Part shown: positions 1-8,183 of the stretch, piece by piece | Layout: each line of letters opens with the position of its first letter | Position numbering within the stretch: position 1 is the stretch's first letter | The notes under the pieces: model-generated | The model's input: only the letters and a program-made list of their open reading frames with translations | Databases searched by the model: none | Told to the model about the DNA's origin: nothing | DNA from: Eubacteriales bacterium | Lineage (GTDB): Bacteria > Bacillota > Clostridia > Oscillospirales > CAG-272 | NCBI GenBank assembly: GCA_045632345.1 | Contig: JAZQWM010000008.1 | Coordinates: 58,236 to 122,235 of the forward strand | DNA length: 64,000 nucleotides | Reading direction: 5' to 3' | Made by a program: the position numbers and the translations under genes

Positions 1-1
1 G

Positions 2-94
2 CTCCCCGATGACTTAGTCCTTGCATACGCAGCGGATTCGCAAATAAATTTGCGAGCCGTTTCGATACAATCCCTGCATATTAACGCAACGGAG
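2..94. repeat. ~90-nt repeat unit, copy 1 (touches window edge)
   Basis: Aligns by eye at ~80% identity with 171-262. Shared CTCCC.GATGACTT.GTCCT.GCATACGCAGCGGATTCGCAAA..TTGCGAGCC...CTGC.TATTAA, with inner hairpin CGCAAA/TTTGCG. Confidence 0.7.
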
Positions 95-170
95 TGCATT
101 AATTTTCAACAATTTCGCTATGGGGTATCAAAACTGTGTTTTGTGCTTCGGACAGTCCCTTGTGAGTAAA

Positions 171-262
171 CTCCCAGATGACTTTGTCCTCGCATACGCA
201 GCGGATTCGCAAAAAATTGCGAGCCACTTCTCATGAAGCCTGCGTATTAAATCATAGCGAGC
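171..262. repeat. ~90-nt repeat unit, copy 2
   Basis: Second copy of the unit at 2-94. Outer stem ATACGCAG (194-201) / CTGCGTAT (240-247) encloses inner hairpin TCGCAA/TTGCGA (207-222). Confidence 0.7.
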
Positions 263-275
263 TATAATTCAATAC

Positions 276-363
276 GCAGGGGTATCGAAGCGGTCATAAC
301 GAGGCGGTCTTGAAAACCGTTTGGCCAAAAGCCACGAGGGTTCGAATCCCTCCCCCTGCGCCA
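276..363 (+). tRNA. tRNA-Ser (anticodon UGA), class II with long variable arm, encoded CCA
   Basis: Cloverleaf read by eye. Acceptor GCAGGGG/CCCCTGC; 3-bp D stem TCG/CGA; anticodon stem GCGGT/ACCGT with loop CTTGAAA (anticodon TGA); variable arm TGGC-CAAA-GCCA; T arm GAGGG-TTCGAAT-CCCTC; discriminator G; CCA. Confidence 0.9.
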
Positions 364-367
364 AGAG

Positions 368-405
368 GAACGTAAACCGAACACCACGGTTTGCGTTCTT
401 TTTTT
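368..405 (+). terminator. Rho-independent terminator after tRNA-Ser
   Basis: 12-bp stem GAACGTAAACCG/CGGTTTGCGTTC (one G-T pair) followed by TTTTTTT. Confidence 0.8.
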
Positions 406-548
406 ATTTTTATTACAAGTCAACAAAATTCTTAAAAATTTAAGCAATACTTAAATCAAATTTTAGAAATACTCTCTTTTATTTGGCAAAATTGTGTTGT
501 ATAATGAAGGTACAAAAGTGCTTTTGAATGATTTTTAGGAGGTTGTTT

Positions 549-1652
549 ATGAATATCGGAACAACTATAAAAAATGCTCGTAGAAAACTTAATATGACAC
601 AGGAACAATTAGCTGAATACTTAAATGTATCAATCAGTGCAGTATCACAATGGGAAAGTGATAAAACATCACCTGATATTACAATCATACCATCAATTTG
701 CAATCTTTTAGATATTTCTGCTGATGAATTGCTTGGAATAGATATTTTGAAAAAGCAAGAAAAAATTATTGATATTGATAGGGAAGCAATGAAGTATATT
801 GTTATAGGCAAAAAGGAAGAAGCTATAAAAATTCTTCGTCGTGGTTTAGCGGAATTTCCAAATAGCTATCATCTTATGGCTTTGCTGTCAAGTGAATTGT
901 GGTCAAATAGACAAATTGAGGGCAATTTAGACGAAGCAATCGCGCTTGGAGAAAAAATACTTAATGAATGCACTGATGAGGAGGATAGACAATCAGCGAT
1001 TCAAATCTTGTGCTTTAGTTACCCTGAAGAAAAAGCGGCAAAGCTTGCAGAAAAAATGCCACATATTGCTATGACTTCTCAAGCTTTACTTTCCAGAGTT
1101 TATAAGCAAGGGGATAAGCGTTTTGAAAAACGAAAGGATTTCGCTGTAAGCTTGATTAGTATGGCTATTTCTGAAATTCACACAATAAATACAAAACTTG
1201 ATGACGGGAGCTGGGCTTATACAATTGATGAAGAAATATCTATTTGTAAAAAAGCATTATCTTTGATAGACGTTCTTTTTGAAAATGGAGATTATGGTGA
1301 GTTCATTATAAATGTAATTCAAATATATTATCAAATTACAAGACTATATTGTAAAAAAGGTGATACTGCAAATGCTCTTGGTTATTTTGAAAGAACTGTG
1401 AGAGAAGCAATAGCTTTTGACACCGAATATGATAAACATAAAAAGCATACATCTTTGTTATTTAGAAATGATGCGTATGACGGATTCGGTTTTAGCGACA
1501 CGCATAATGAATCGTTTGACATGGTTGAAAATGTTGACAAGCAAAATGAATTTGACATTATTCGTGATACGGACAAATTCAAGGGGCTTTACGCAAAATT
1601 AAAAGAGGTTGCTTCTGAAAACAGAGATTTTGAAAGATACAAACCTATATAA
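549..1652 (+). CDS. XRE-family HTH regulator with long TPR-like helical C-terminal domain (RRNPP-like architecture)
   Basis: N-terminal Cro/C1 HTH (LNMTQEQLAEYLNVSISAVSQWESDKTSPD) plus about 300 aa of helical repeats. Start moved to ATG 549, which has AGGAGG 6-7 nt upstream; the track ORF begins at 528. Confidence 0.8.
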   Translation: MNIGTTIKNARRKLNMTQEQLAEYLNVSISAVSQWESDKTSPDITIIPSICNLLDISADELLGIDILKKQEKIIDIDREAMKYIVIGKKEEAIKILRRGLAEFPNSYHLMALLSSELWSNRQIEGNLDEAIALGEKILNECTDEEDRQSAIQILCFSYPEEKAAKLAEKMPHIAMTSQALLSRVYKQGDKRFEKRKDFAVSLISMAISEIHTINTKLDDGSWAYTIDEEISICKKALSLIDVLFENGDYGEFIINVIQIYYQITRLYCKKGDTANALGYFERTVREAIAFDTEYDKHKKHTSLLFRNDAYDGFGFSDTHNESFDMVENVDKQNEFDIIRDTDKFKGLYAKLKEVASENRDFERYKPI

Positions 1653-1659
1653 TGAAATG

Positions 1660-1693
1660 GCGAGTGCTGATTTTTTCGGCACTCGCTTTATTT
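1660..1693 (+). terminator. Rho-independent terminator
   Basis: Stem GCGAGTGC/GCACTCGC followed by a T-rich tail, 8 nt after the stop codon. Confidence 0.75.
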
Positions 1694-1944
1694 CGCTTTG
1701 AAAATTTTAAATGAATAAAATTAACAGGACAAATGGGACGATTTTAAGACAGCACGATGTTGACTATAAAACTATTTTATGTTATATTTTTATTACCACG
1801 TTTTAAAAATTGAATAATTATATGTAAAAATGGTCATAATTTTATTAAACTTTCTAAAAAAGCATATAAAAAACATAAAATTTAGCAAAGTTATTGATTT
1901 TATTTGCATAATATGATAATATATTGATATGGAGGAAAGAAGAT

Positions 1945-3279
1945 ATGTTTACTTATGTTAAATTGAAAAATTTTATGTCTTTCGGAGAAGTTACGTTTGA
2001 TTTCAAGAAAAAGGCAGGAGAAGCCAAGCCTTTAATTGCTATTTATGGAGAAAATGGAAGTGGAAAATCTAACTTTGTTAAAAGTATAGAATTTTTATGC
2101 CATCTTATGAGTTCTTATGATGAATCTATAAATTTTGATAAGTTAGTCGAACAACTTAAAAATGATAAAAGTTTACACAGTGATAATTTAATAAAAATGT
2201 TGAAGGAATATGATTTCAGCGAACTAATGTTATCCTGTCGAATGCTTGAATGCCAAGAGCCTACCGAGATAGAGTACGGATATATTTTGAATGGTTGGGA
2301 AGGTTATTATAAAGTTGTTTTTGATAAAAATATATCATACGAAAAATTATATGGTCTTTGTGGCTTGCAACGTGGAACTATTTATGAAATCAGTAGAGAG
2401 AATAAAAAAATAAACACCAAATTTAACAGCAGATTGTTTGCTAATTCTGGAATAAAAAAAGATTTAGAGTCTGATATAGAAAAGTTTTGGGGGAAGCATT
2501 CGTTTTTATCTATTCTTGCACACCATATTAATGAAAAGAACAACGATTATATGGAGCAAAACTTGTCTTCTTGTGTGTTTGACATAATGAATTTGTTTAA
2601 TCGAACAAGCGTTATGACTAGAAAAAATGTGAGAAAGAATACGGGCTTATTGTCGCCTTTTCCTAAAATTTCAAACTACGATTTAATGTCAGGAACAATC
2701 CGCAAAAAAGATGTATATTTGCTTGATAAAGTAGAATGCATTTTAAATGATTTTTTTACGCAGACATATGCAGATATTAAAAAGGTTACATTTGATCGAA
2801 AACAGATTAAAAATGGTGCTGTAAAATATCAGTTATATGTTGATAAAATGATTTGTGGCAAAATTAGACATATAAGTTTCGAAAATGAATCATCTGGAAC
2901 ACAACAAATACTAAATATAATTCGAATTTTACTTGGTGTTTTTTGCGGAGTTACAGTGGTTTATGACGAAATAGATAATGGTATTCATGATTTGATTTTG
3001 AATAATATAATCGCATCTTTATCTGATTATATAACAGGGCAATTGATAATTACCACTCATAATACAATGTTGATGGAAACTATCAATCCAAATAATTCTT
3101 ATGTAATTAGCGTAGACTATAATGGAAACAAAGAAGTAAAATGCTTATCTAATTTTCCTATTCAAAACACTAATAACATTCGAAATCTCTACATTAAAGG
3201 AGTGTTTGGTGGAGTTCCTTATACGGAAAGTATAGATTACGATTTTATAACTGAAACTATAAACGAGGAGGACAATTAA
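1945..3279 (+). CDS. ABC/SMC-like AAA ATPase (AAA_15/AAA_21 type), candidate defence ATPase
   Basis: Walker A GENGSGKSN; signature-like SSGTQQ; Walker B VVYDEIDNGIHD; H-loop ITTHN. Start set at ATG 1945 behind GGAGGAAAG; the track start at 1924 is TTG. Confidence 0.8.
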   Translation: MFTYVKLKNFMSFGEVTFDFKKKAGEAKPLIAIYGENGSGKSNFVKSIEFLCHLMSSYDESINFDKLVEQLKNDKSLHSDNLIKMLKEYDFSELMLSCRMLECQEPTEIEYGYILNGWEGYYKVVFDKNISYEKLYGLCGLQRGTIYEISRENKKINTKFNSRLFANSGIKKDLESDIEKFWGKHSFLSILAHHINEKNNDYMEQNLSSCVFDIMNLFNRTSVMTRKNVRKNTGLLSPFPKISNYDLMSGTIRKKDVYLLDKVECILNDFFTQTYADIKKVTFDRKQIKNGAVKYQLYVDKMICGKIRHISFENESSGTQQILNIIRILLGVFCGVTVVYDEIDNGIHDLILNNIIASLSDYITGQLIITTHNTMLMETINPNNSYVISVDYNGNKEVKCLSNFPIQNTNNIRNLYIKGVFGGVPYTESIDYDFITETINEEDN

Positions 3280-3884
3280 TGGCCTCCTTGGAAAGACTAA
3301 ATTATTTAAAAGGAATTGTAATATGCCATGGAAAATCAGAAGTTTTTTTGGCGAAATTTGTCTGCTCAAACTTACATTTGAATATAAAAACATACTCTAA
3401 AAAGAATGGTGCAAATAGCATACAAATTAATTCTTTAAAGTCACTATTAAACACATCACCATTTAAAAGTTTTACAGAGTTTAAAAAAGAATATGAAGTT
3501 TCCGTTACAGGAAGAGGTGAAAGCAGGAAAATTAACAACTTTAAATTGTTCATAATTATGGATACTGATGATTGTTCAGATGACGAGCGAAAAAAGTTCA
3601 TTACAAAAGAGCAATTTAAAGGACATTGGCTTTATGATTACATAGTTCCCATATACAACATAACAAATTTGGAAGATGTCATGCAACAGTCGAATATTAT
3701 GACAAAAAGAATAAAATCAACAGAAAAAGGGGAATATTATAGTAAAGTTTTCCCGATAAATACCAAACCGGTTTGCGATGACACTATAAGTCAAGTGAAA
3801 ATTTTAAAGTCTCGTATAGCAGGAAATAAAAATACAAATTTAACAGAATTCATTGACTACTGTTTGACAAATGCGGGTTCTTAA
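3279..3884 (+). CDS. RloB-like / TOPRIM-like small protein, partner of the ATPase
   Basis: TAATG stop/start overlap with the ATPase gene. N-terminal IVICHGKSEVF resembles the RloB/OLD-TOPRIM 'CEGxxTE' motif, and FIIMDTDD resembles the DxD acidic motif. Confidence 0.6.
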   Translation: MASLERLNYLKGIVICHGKSEVFLAKFVCSNLHLNIKTYSKKNGANSIQINSLKSLLNTSPFKSFTEFKKEYEVSVTGRGESRKINNFKLFIIMDTDDCSDDERKKFITKEQFKGHWLYDYIVPIYNITNLEDVMQQSNIMTKRIKSTEKGEYYSKVFPINTKPVCDDTISQVKILKSRIAGNKNTNLTEFIDYCLTNAGS

Positions 3885-4174
3885 AAATCGTATCATAGTT
3901 TTTAATCGGTTTTTAGAATTCAGTTTCAAGTTCCAAACGAATTATTTGTAATGGCACTGTGGCGTGTGCTTGTATATATACAAGTGGCTCGGCTTCGCCT
4001 CGCCAAAACAATAAGGACACCAAATCGGTGTCCTTTTGTTTTGCCATGAGGAGAGGATTCAAACACTCCTTCATATTTGTGCACAAATATGAATAATGTT
4101 CGTAAACGAGGCAAAGGTCGTTGTCAGCTCGCTAGCAAAAGACCTGCCGAAGTTCTTTTTGTTTACAAAAAGCC

Positions 4175-4191
4175 TCCCTCCCCCTGCGCCA
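4175..4191 (+). repeat. att-like direct repeat: exact copy of the last 17 nt of tRNA-Ser
   Basis: TCCCTCCCCCTGCGCCA at 4175-4191 is identical to 347-363 (tRNA 3' end including CCA). Confidence 0.8.
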
Positions 4192-4350
4192 CGGCGGTGA
4201 TAGCTCGCTCACATAAGCCGTGGCGAAACGCATTGCCACAGGCAATGTATCCCTCCCATTCTGATAATTTAGTTTTATAATATTAAAAAATTTTAAACCT
4301 CTCGTTTTTATTTTAAAAAAAGCCTCTCCTGCATTTAGTGTCTTTCTTAT

Positions 4351-4379
4351 TTGACAAATATTTAACGCTATGCTATACT
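4351..4379 (+). promoter_or_regulatory. sigma-70-type promoter
   Basis: TTGACA (4351-4356), 17-nt spacer, TATACT (4374-4379), about 30 nt upstream of the ATG at 4411. Confidence 0.65.
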
Positions 4380-4410
4380 AAAATTGAAATTTTGATTAAA
4401 GGAGAATGTT

Positions 4411-4986
4411 ATGGTTGAAGAAAAGGCTTACCCGTTTGAATTTATTATAAATCCGCTAATGTGGAAATTATTCGGTCAAGAGCTTGAAAATTACACTATT
4501 GCTTATCACTTTATTCTTGAAAATTTTGATGAAATGCGTATGTTTAGAGAAAGACGTATTATTCAAGACGACCCAGAGGATTATTGGAGATATATATACT
4601 GCGGAAATTTTGGCTCAAATGAGGATATTATAGCTTATATTGGTAAAATAATTGAGCGATTTAAGGAATTTAACGTCCTTGCTGAAAAATGCACAAAATC
4701 AGCACGTAACTTTTTTAAAGAGCCAAATGACGTGGTTTCAAGCTATTTTTATCGTGATTTTATGTGTATTCAACTAGAAATGGAGCAATCAAGAAAAGTA
4801 TATCTTAATAATGCAAAAATTTATAATGAATTTAAAGAAACTAAAGAAAGCACTACTCTTAGGGAGTTAATTGGCGAAGAAAAGTACGAAGATGTAATAA
4901 AACCGTACCTTCCATTTAAATATCCTGAAGCATTAGAGCAAAAAAAGAAGTATTTAGAACGAATAAATAAAAATAACAAAAAATGA
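4411..4986 (+). CDS. hypothetical protein
   Basis: 191-aa ORF with AAAGGAG RBS and its own promoter. No motif recognised. Confidence 0.6.
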   Translation: MVEEKAYPFEFIINPLMWKLFGQELENYTIAYHFILENFDEMRMFRERRIIQDDPEDYWRYIYCGNFGSNEDIIAYIGKIIERFKEFNVLAEKCTKSARNFFKEPNDVVSSYFYRDFMCIQLEMEQSRKVYLNNAKIYNEFKETKESTTLRELIGEEKYEDVIKPYLPFKYPEALEQKKKYLERINKNNKK

Positions 4987-5030
4987 CGTTTTTTATTTCT
5001 TTATAGTGTATTTTTCAGTACACATTATAT

Positions 5031-5059
5031 TTGACAAGTATTTAAAGATATGCTATATA
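5031..5059 (+). promoter_or_regulatory. sigma-70-type promoter (paralogous to the one at 4351)
   Basis: TTGACA (5031-5036), 17-nt spacer, TATATA (5054-5059). The surrounding ~53 nt are ~80% identical to 4347-4399. Confidence 0.6.
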
Positions 5060-5118
5060 AAAATTGATGATTTAATTAAAATGAGAATAATTATGTAAAC
5101 TATTTTAAGGAGATTTAT

Positions 5119-6027
5119 ATGGATAAAATTTTAAAAAATCCTCTTGATAACGGCTGGTATGCGGACCCTGAGGCGAGAATTTATGAGGGAATGTACGTTA
5201 TTTACGTTACAAACTCACTTCCCTTTGATGAGCAGAAAAATCACGCTTGCTTTGTATCAAAGGATTTAATTAACTGGGAAAAGCATGAGAATATTATTGA
5301 TATGAGTGGCTTCCCTTGGGCTAAAAGAGCAATTTGGGCGCCTACTATTATTGATAAGGACGGAAAATATTACTATATTTTCGCATCCGGCGATATTCAC
5401 TCAAATGGCGAAATGGTCGGACTTGAAATTGCTGTGTCAGATAGTCCGTTAGGTCCGTTTAAGGCTATAATGGATAAGCCTTTAATAAATGAATTTCACA
5501 ATGGCGCGCAGCCAATTGATGCACACTTATTCAAGGATGATGACGGAACTATCTATCTTTTATACGGTGGCTGGTGTCGTTGTAATCTTGCTATAATGAA
5601 CGATGAAATGAACGGCTTTGTGCCATTTCCTGACGGCGAAATATTTAAGGAAATCACTCCACCTGACTACGTAGAGGGACCCTGTGTCTTTAAAAAGGAC
5701 AATGAATACTACTTTATGTGGTCAGCAGGGGACTGGACTAAGGGTACGTACCGTGTAAACGTTGCACGCTCCACTTCTCTTTTAGGAGATTTTAGTAACT
5801 ACAAAACTATCCTTGAAACAGGGGATTGCGACTTTGCAAACGGTCCCGGTCATAACGGATATTTCTATATTCCAGAAAAGGATAAATACCTAATGGTTTA
5901 CCACCGCCATCATAACGAAATAAACGACGGTAACGCCCGCTTCTTGTGTATTGACAATATGAGCTTTGATGAAAACGGCGATATTGAAAAAATAAAGATG
6001 ACTAAGGAATGGAAAATAGAATTTTAA
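5119..6027 (+). CDS. glycoside hydrolase family 43 (beta-xylosidase/arabinofuranosidase-like)
   Basis: N-terminal NPLDNGWYADPEARIY and WAPTII..DGKYYY, typical of GH43 five-bladed propellers. Good RBS. Confidence 0.8.
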   Translation: MDKILKNPLDNGWYADPEARIYEGMYVIYVTNSLPFDEQKNHACFVSKDLINWEKHENIIDMSGFPWAKRAIWAPTIIDKDGKYYYIFASGDIHSNGEMVGLEIAVSDSPLGPFKAIMDKPLINEFHNGAQPIDAHLFKDDDGTIYLLYGGWCRCNLAIMNDEMNGFVPFPDGEIFKEITPPDYVEGPCVFKKDNEYYFMWSAGDWTKGTYRVNVARSTSLLGDFSNYKTILETGDCDFANGPGHNGYFYIPEKDKYLMVYHRHHNEINDGNARFLCIDNMSFDENGDIEKIKMTKEWKIEF

Positions 6028-6067
6028 TAAAAATACCCGGAAGAGTGTATATCTTTCGGGTATTTTT

Positions 6068-6472
6068 TTATTTTGTTAAGTAATCATTTGCTAATTTTAG
6101 CATATCCTTCGCTTCCTCAAAGGTTAGCTCATTATATGCGCTTTCGTATGGGAGTAATAAAAAGTCAAAGTCCTCAAAGCCTTCACTATGTTTAGGCTCT
6201 TGATTTTTGTAATTTGCTAAGAAATAAACAGATACCTTTGTGTTTCCGTTTTTCTTTAAGTAAGATGTCTCGTAACGAAAATCGCTATTTATTGATACGT
6301 CTAGGGATGTTTCTTCCATGGTTTCACGGAGCGCTGTTTCAATTTCAGTTTCGTTATTTTCCATATGACCCTTAGGAAAACCGCAAAAACCGTCTTTTGC
6401 TTTGATAAGTAAAAATTGAATTTTACCGTCCTTTAATGTGTATGGAATTGTACCGCAGGATTTTTCTGTCAT
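6068..6472 (-). CDS. NUDIX hydrolase
   Basis: Nudix box GFPKGHMENNETEIETALRETMEETSL. Start moved to the internal ATG (6472), preceded by AAAGGAGA. Confidence 0.85.
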   Translation of the reverse strand: MTEKSCGTIPYTLKDGKIQFLLIKAKDGFCGFPKGHMENNETEIETALRETMEETSLDVSINSDFRYETSYLKKNGNTKVSVYFLANYKNQEPKHSEGFEDFDFLLLPYESAYNELTFEEAKDMLKLANDYLTK

Positions 6473-6634
6473 AGATATTCTCCTTTTCATTTTAGTTTCT
6501 TAATTATAGCATAGAAATTTATATCAAGCTTTTTGTTTTTCCACTTTATTTATATAAAATAAATTGAAATATATAAAAAAGTGTGATACAATATAAAATA
6601 TAATATCCTAATAAACTATTTTAAGGAGATACAT

Positions 6635-8173
6635 ATGAAAAAAATACTTGGCGTAGAGTTTGGCTCTACAAGAATTAAGGCGGTTTTAATTGATGAAAAT
6701 GCAAACGTTTTAGCGCAAGGCTCACATGAGTGGGAAAATCAATTAAAGGACGGACTTTGGACTTATGCACTTAGCGACGTATGGGCAGGACTTCAAGACG
6801 CTTACGCTTCATTGCTTACAAATTACGGTAAAAAAATAACATCCCTTGACGGTGTTGGTATTTCCGCTATGATGCACGGTTATTTAGCATTTGATAAGGA
6901 TGATAATTTACTTGTACCATTTAGAACCTGGAGAAACACAAACACAGCAAAGGCTGCTGATGAACTCACAGAAGCTCTTGAATTTAATATGCCACAAAGA
7001 TGGAGCGGCTCACACTTCTATCAAGCAGTTTTAAACGGCGAGGAGCATGTAAGCAAGGTAACATTTTTAACAACTCTTGCAGGCTACGTTCATTGGAAGC
7101 TTACAGGTAAAAAGGTAATCGGTATTGGCGACGGCGCAGGTATGTTACCTATTAAGGATAACGATTACGATAAGGAAAAAATCGCAAAATATAACGAATT
7201 ATTAGCACAGCATGGCTTAAACGTTGACGTTTACGACCTTTTACCAAAAATTTTATTAGCAGGCGAGGACGCAGGCACTCTTACAGAGGAAGGCGCAAAA
7301 TTACTTGATATAAGCGGCAACTTAAAAGCAGGCGCACTATTCTGCCCACCTGAGGGAGATGCAGGCACAGGCATGGTTGCAACTAACGCCGTAAGAGAAA
7401 AAACAGGTAACGTATCCGCAGGTACGTCTGCTTTTGCAATGGTTGTTCTTGAAAAGAATTTATCAAAGGTGAATCAATCTATTGATATTGTAGCAACACC
7501 ATCAGGACATCCTGTTGCAATGGTACATGCAAACAACTTTACTTCTGAAATCAACGCTTGGACAAATCTTTTCTATGAAGCTATTAAGCTTGTAGGAGCT
7601 GACGTAAATAAAGGCAAGCTGTTTGATATGCTCTATAACGTTTCACTTGAAAGCGATAAGGACATTGGCGGTCTTATGGGCTATAACTTCTTATCCGGAG
7701 AGCCTATTGTAGGTATGGAAACAGGTATTCCTATGGTATTTAGAAAGCCAGACGGAAAAATGACACTTGCAAACTTTATGCAAATGCAAATATATTCCGC
7801 ACTTGGTGCTATGGCTGTTGGTATGGAAATACTTGGGGAGGAAAACGTTCAAATTGACGATATTTGCGGCCACGGCGGATTCTTTAAGGCTGAATTTGTC
7901 GGTGCAAATGCTATGAGCGCAGCTCTTAACGCTCCTATTACCGTTATGAAGAATGCAGGCGAGGGCGGTGCTTGGGGTGTTGCCGTATTAGCTCTTTATG
8001 CAGTTAAAAAGATTGACACTCTTGAGGACTTTTTAGAAAAATTGTTTGCAAAAACTGAAAAAACAACAGTAGTTGCAAGCAAGGAAGAAAAGGAAAAGTT
8101 CAACTTATTCTTAGACGCTTATAAAGCAGGCTTAAAGGTAGAAAAGCTTGCTGCTGATATCTACAATAATTGA
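6635..8173 (+). CDS. FGGY-family carbohydrate kinase (xylulokinase-like)
   Basis: N-terminal ILGVEFGSTRIKAVLID (actin-fold ATPase phosphate-1 motif). 512 aa with GDAGTGMVATNA and GHGG motifs. Confidence 0.75.
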   Translation: MKKILGVEFGSTRIKAVLIDENANVLAQGSHEWENQLKDGLWTYALSDVWAGLQDAYASLLTNYGKKITSLDGVGISAMMHGYLAFDKDDNLLVPFRTWRNTNTAKAADELTEALEFNMPQRWSGSHFYQAVLNGEEHVSKVTFLTTLAGYVHWKLTGKKVIGIGDGAGMLPIKDNDYDKEKIAKYNELLAQHGLNVDVYDLLPKILLAGEDAGTLTEEGAKLLDISGNLKAGALFCPPEGDAGTGMVATNAVREKTGNVSAGTSAFAMVVLEKNLSKVNQSIDIVATPSGHPVAMVHANNFTSEINAWTNLFYEAIKLVGADVNKGKLFDMLYNVSLESDKDIGGLMGYNFLSGEPIVGMETGIPMVFRKPDGKMTLANFMQMQIYSALGAMAVGMEILGEENVQIDDICGHGGFFKAEFVGANAMSAALNAPITVMKNAGEGGAWGVAVLALYAVKKIDTLEDFLEKLFAKTEKTTVVASKEEKEKFNLFLDAYKAGLKVEKLAADIYNN

Positions 8174-8183
8174 GGTAATAAAA

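Noticed and set aside
291-300. TCATAAC also occurs in the D-loop of tRNA-Ser (GGTCATAACGAGG), suggesting a link between the tRNA and the hairpin-array repeats.
   Set aside because: A single 7-mer match is expected by chance several times in 64 kb, and there is no flanking similarity.
1711-1806. 31-aa ORF (MNKINRTNGTILRQHDVDYKTILCYIFITTF) downstream of the XRE-TPR gene, as a possible RRNPP signalling pro-peptide.
   Set aside because: No Shine-Dalgarno sequence and no N-terminal secretion signal. It lies in AT-rich promoter DNA where short ORFs arise by chance.
4249-4257. Third partial copy of the tRNA T-arm/acceptor sequence (ATCCCTCCC) as evidence for tandem integration events.
   Set aside because: It is only 9 nt. 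A match of that length is not improbable in 64 kb.
3926-4280. Track ORFs 3926-4114 (-) and 4077-4280 (+) in the islet's right end.
   Set aside because: No RBS. Both have Arg/Cys/Pro-rich unnatural composition. They overlap each other and are built from palindromes, a terminator hairpin and the att-like repeat, so they are treated as non-coding.
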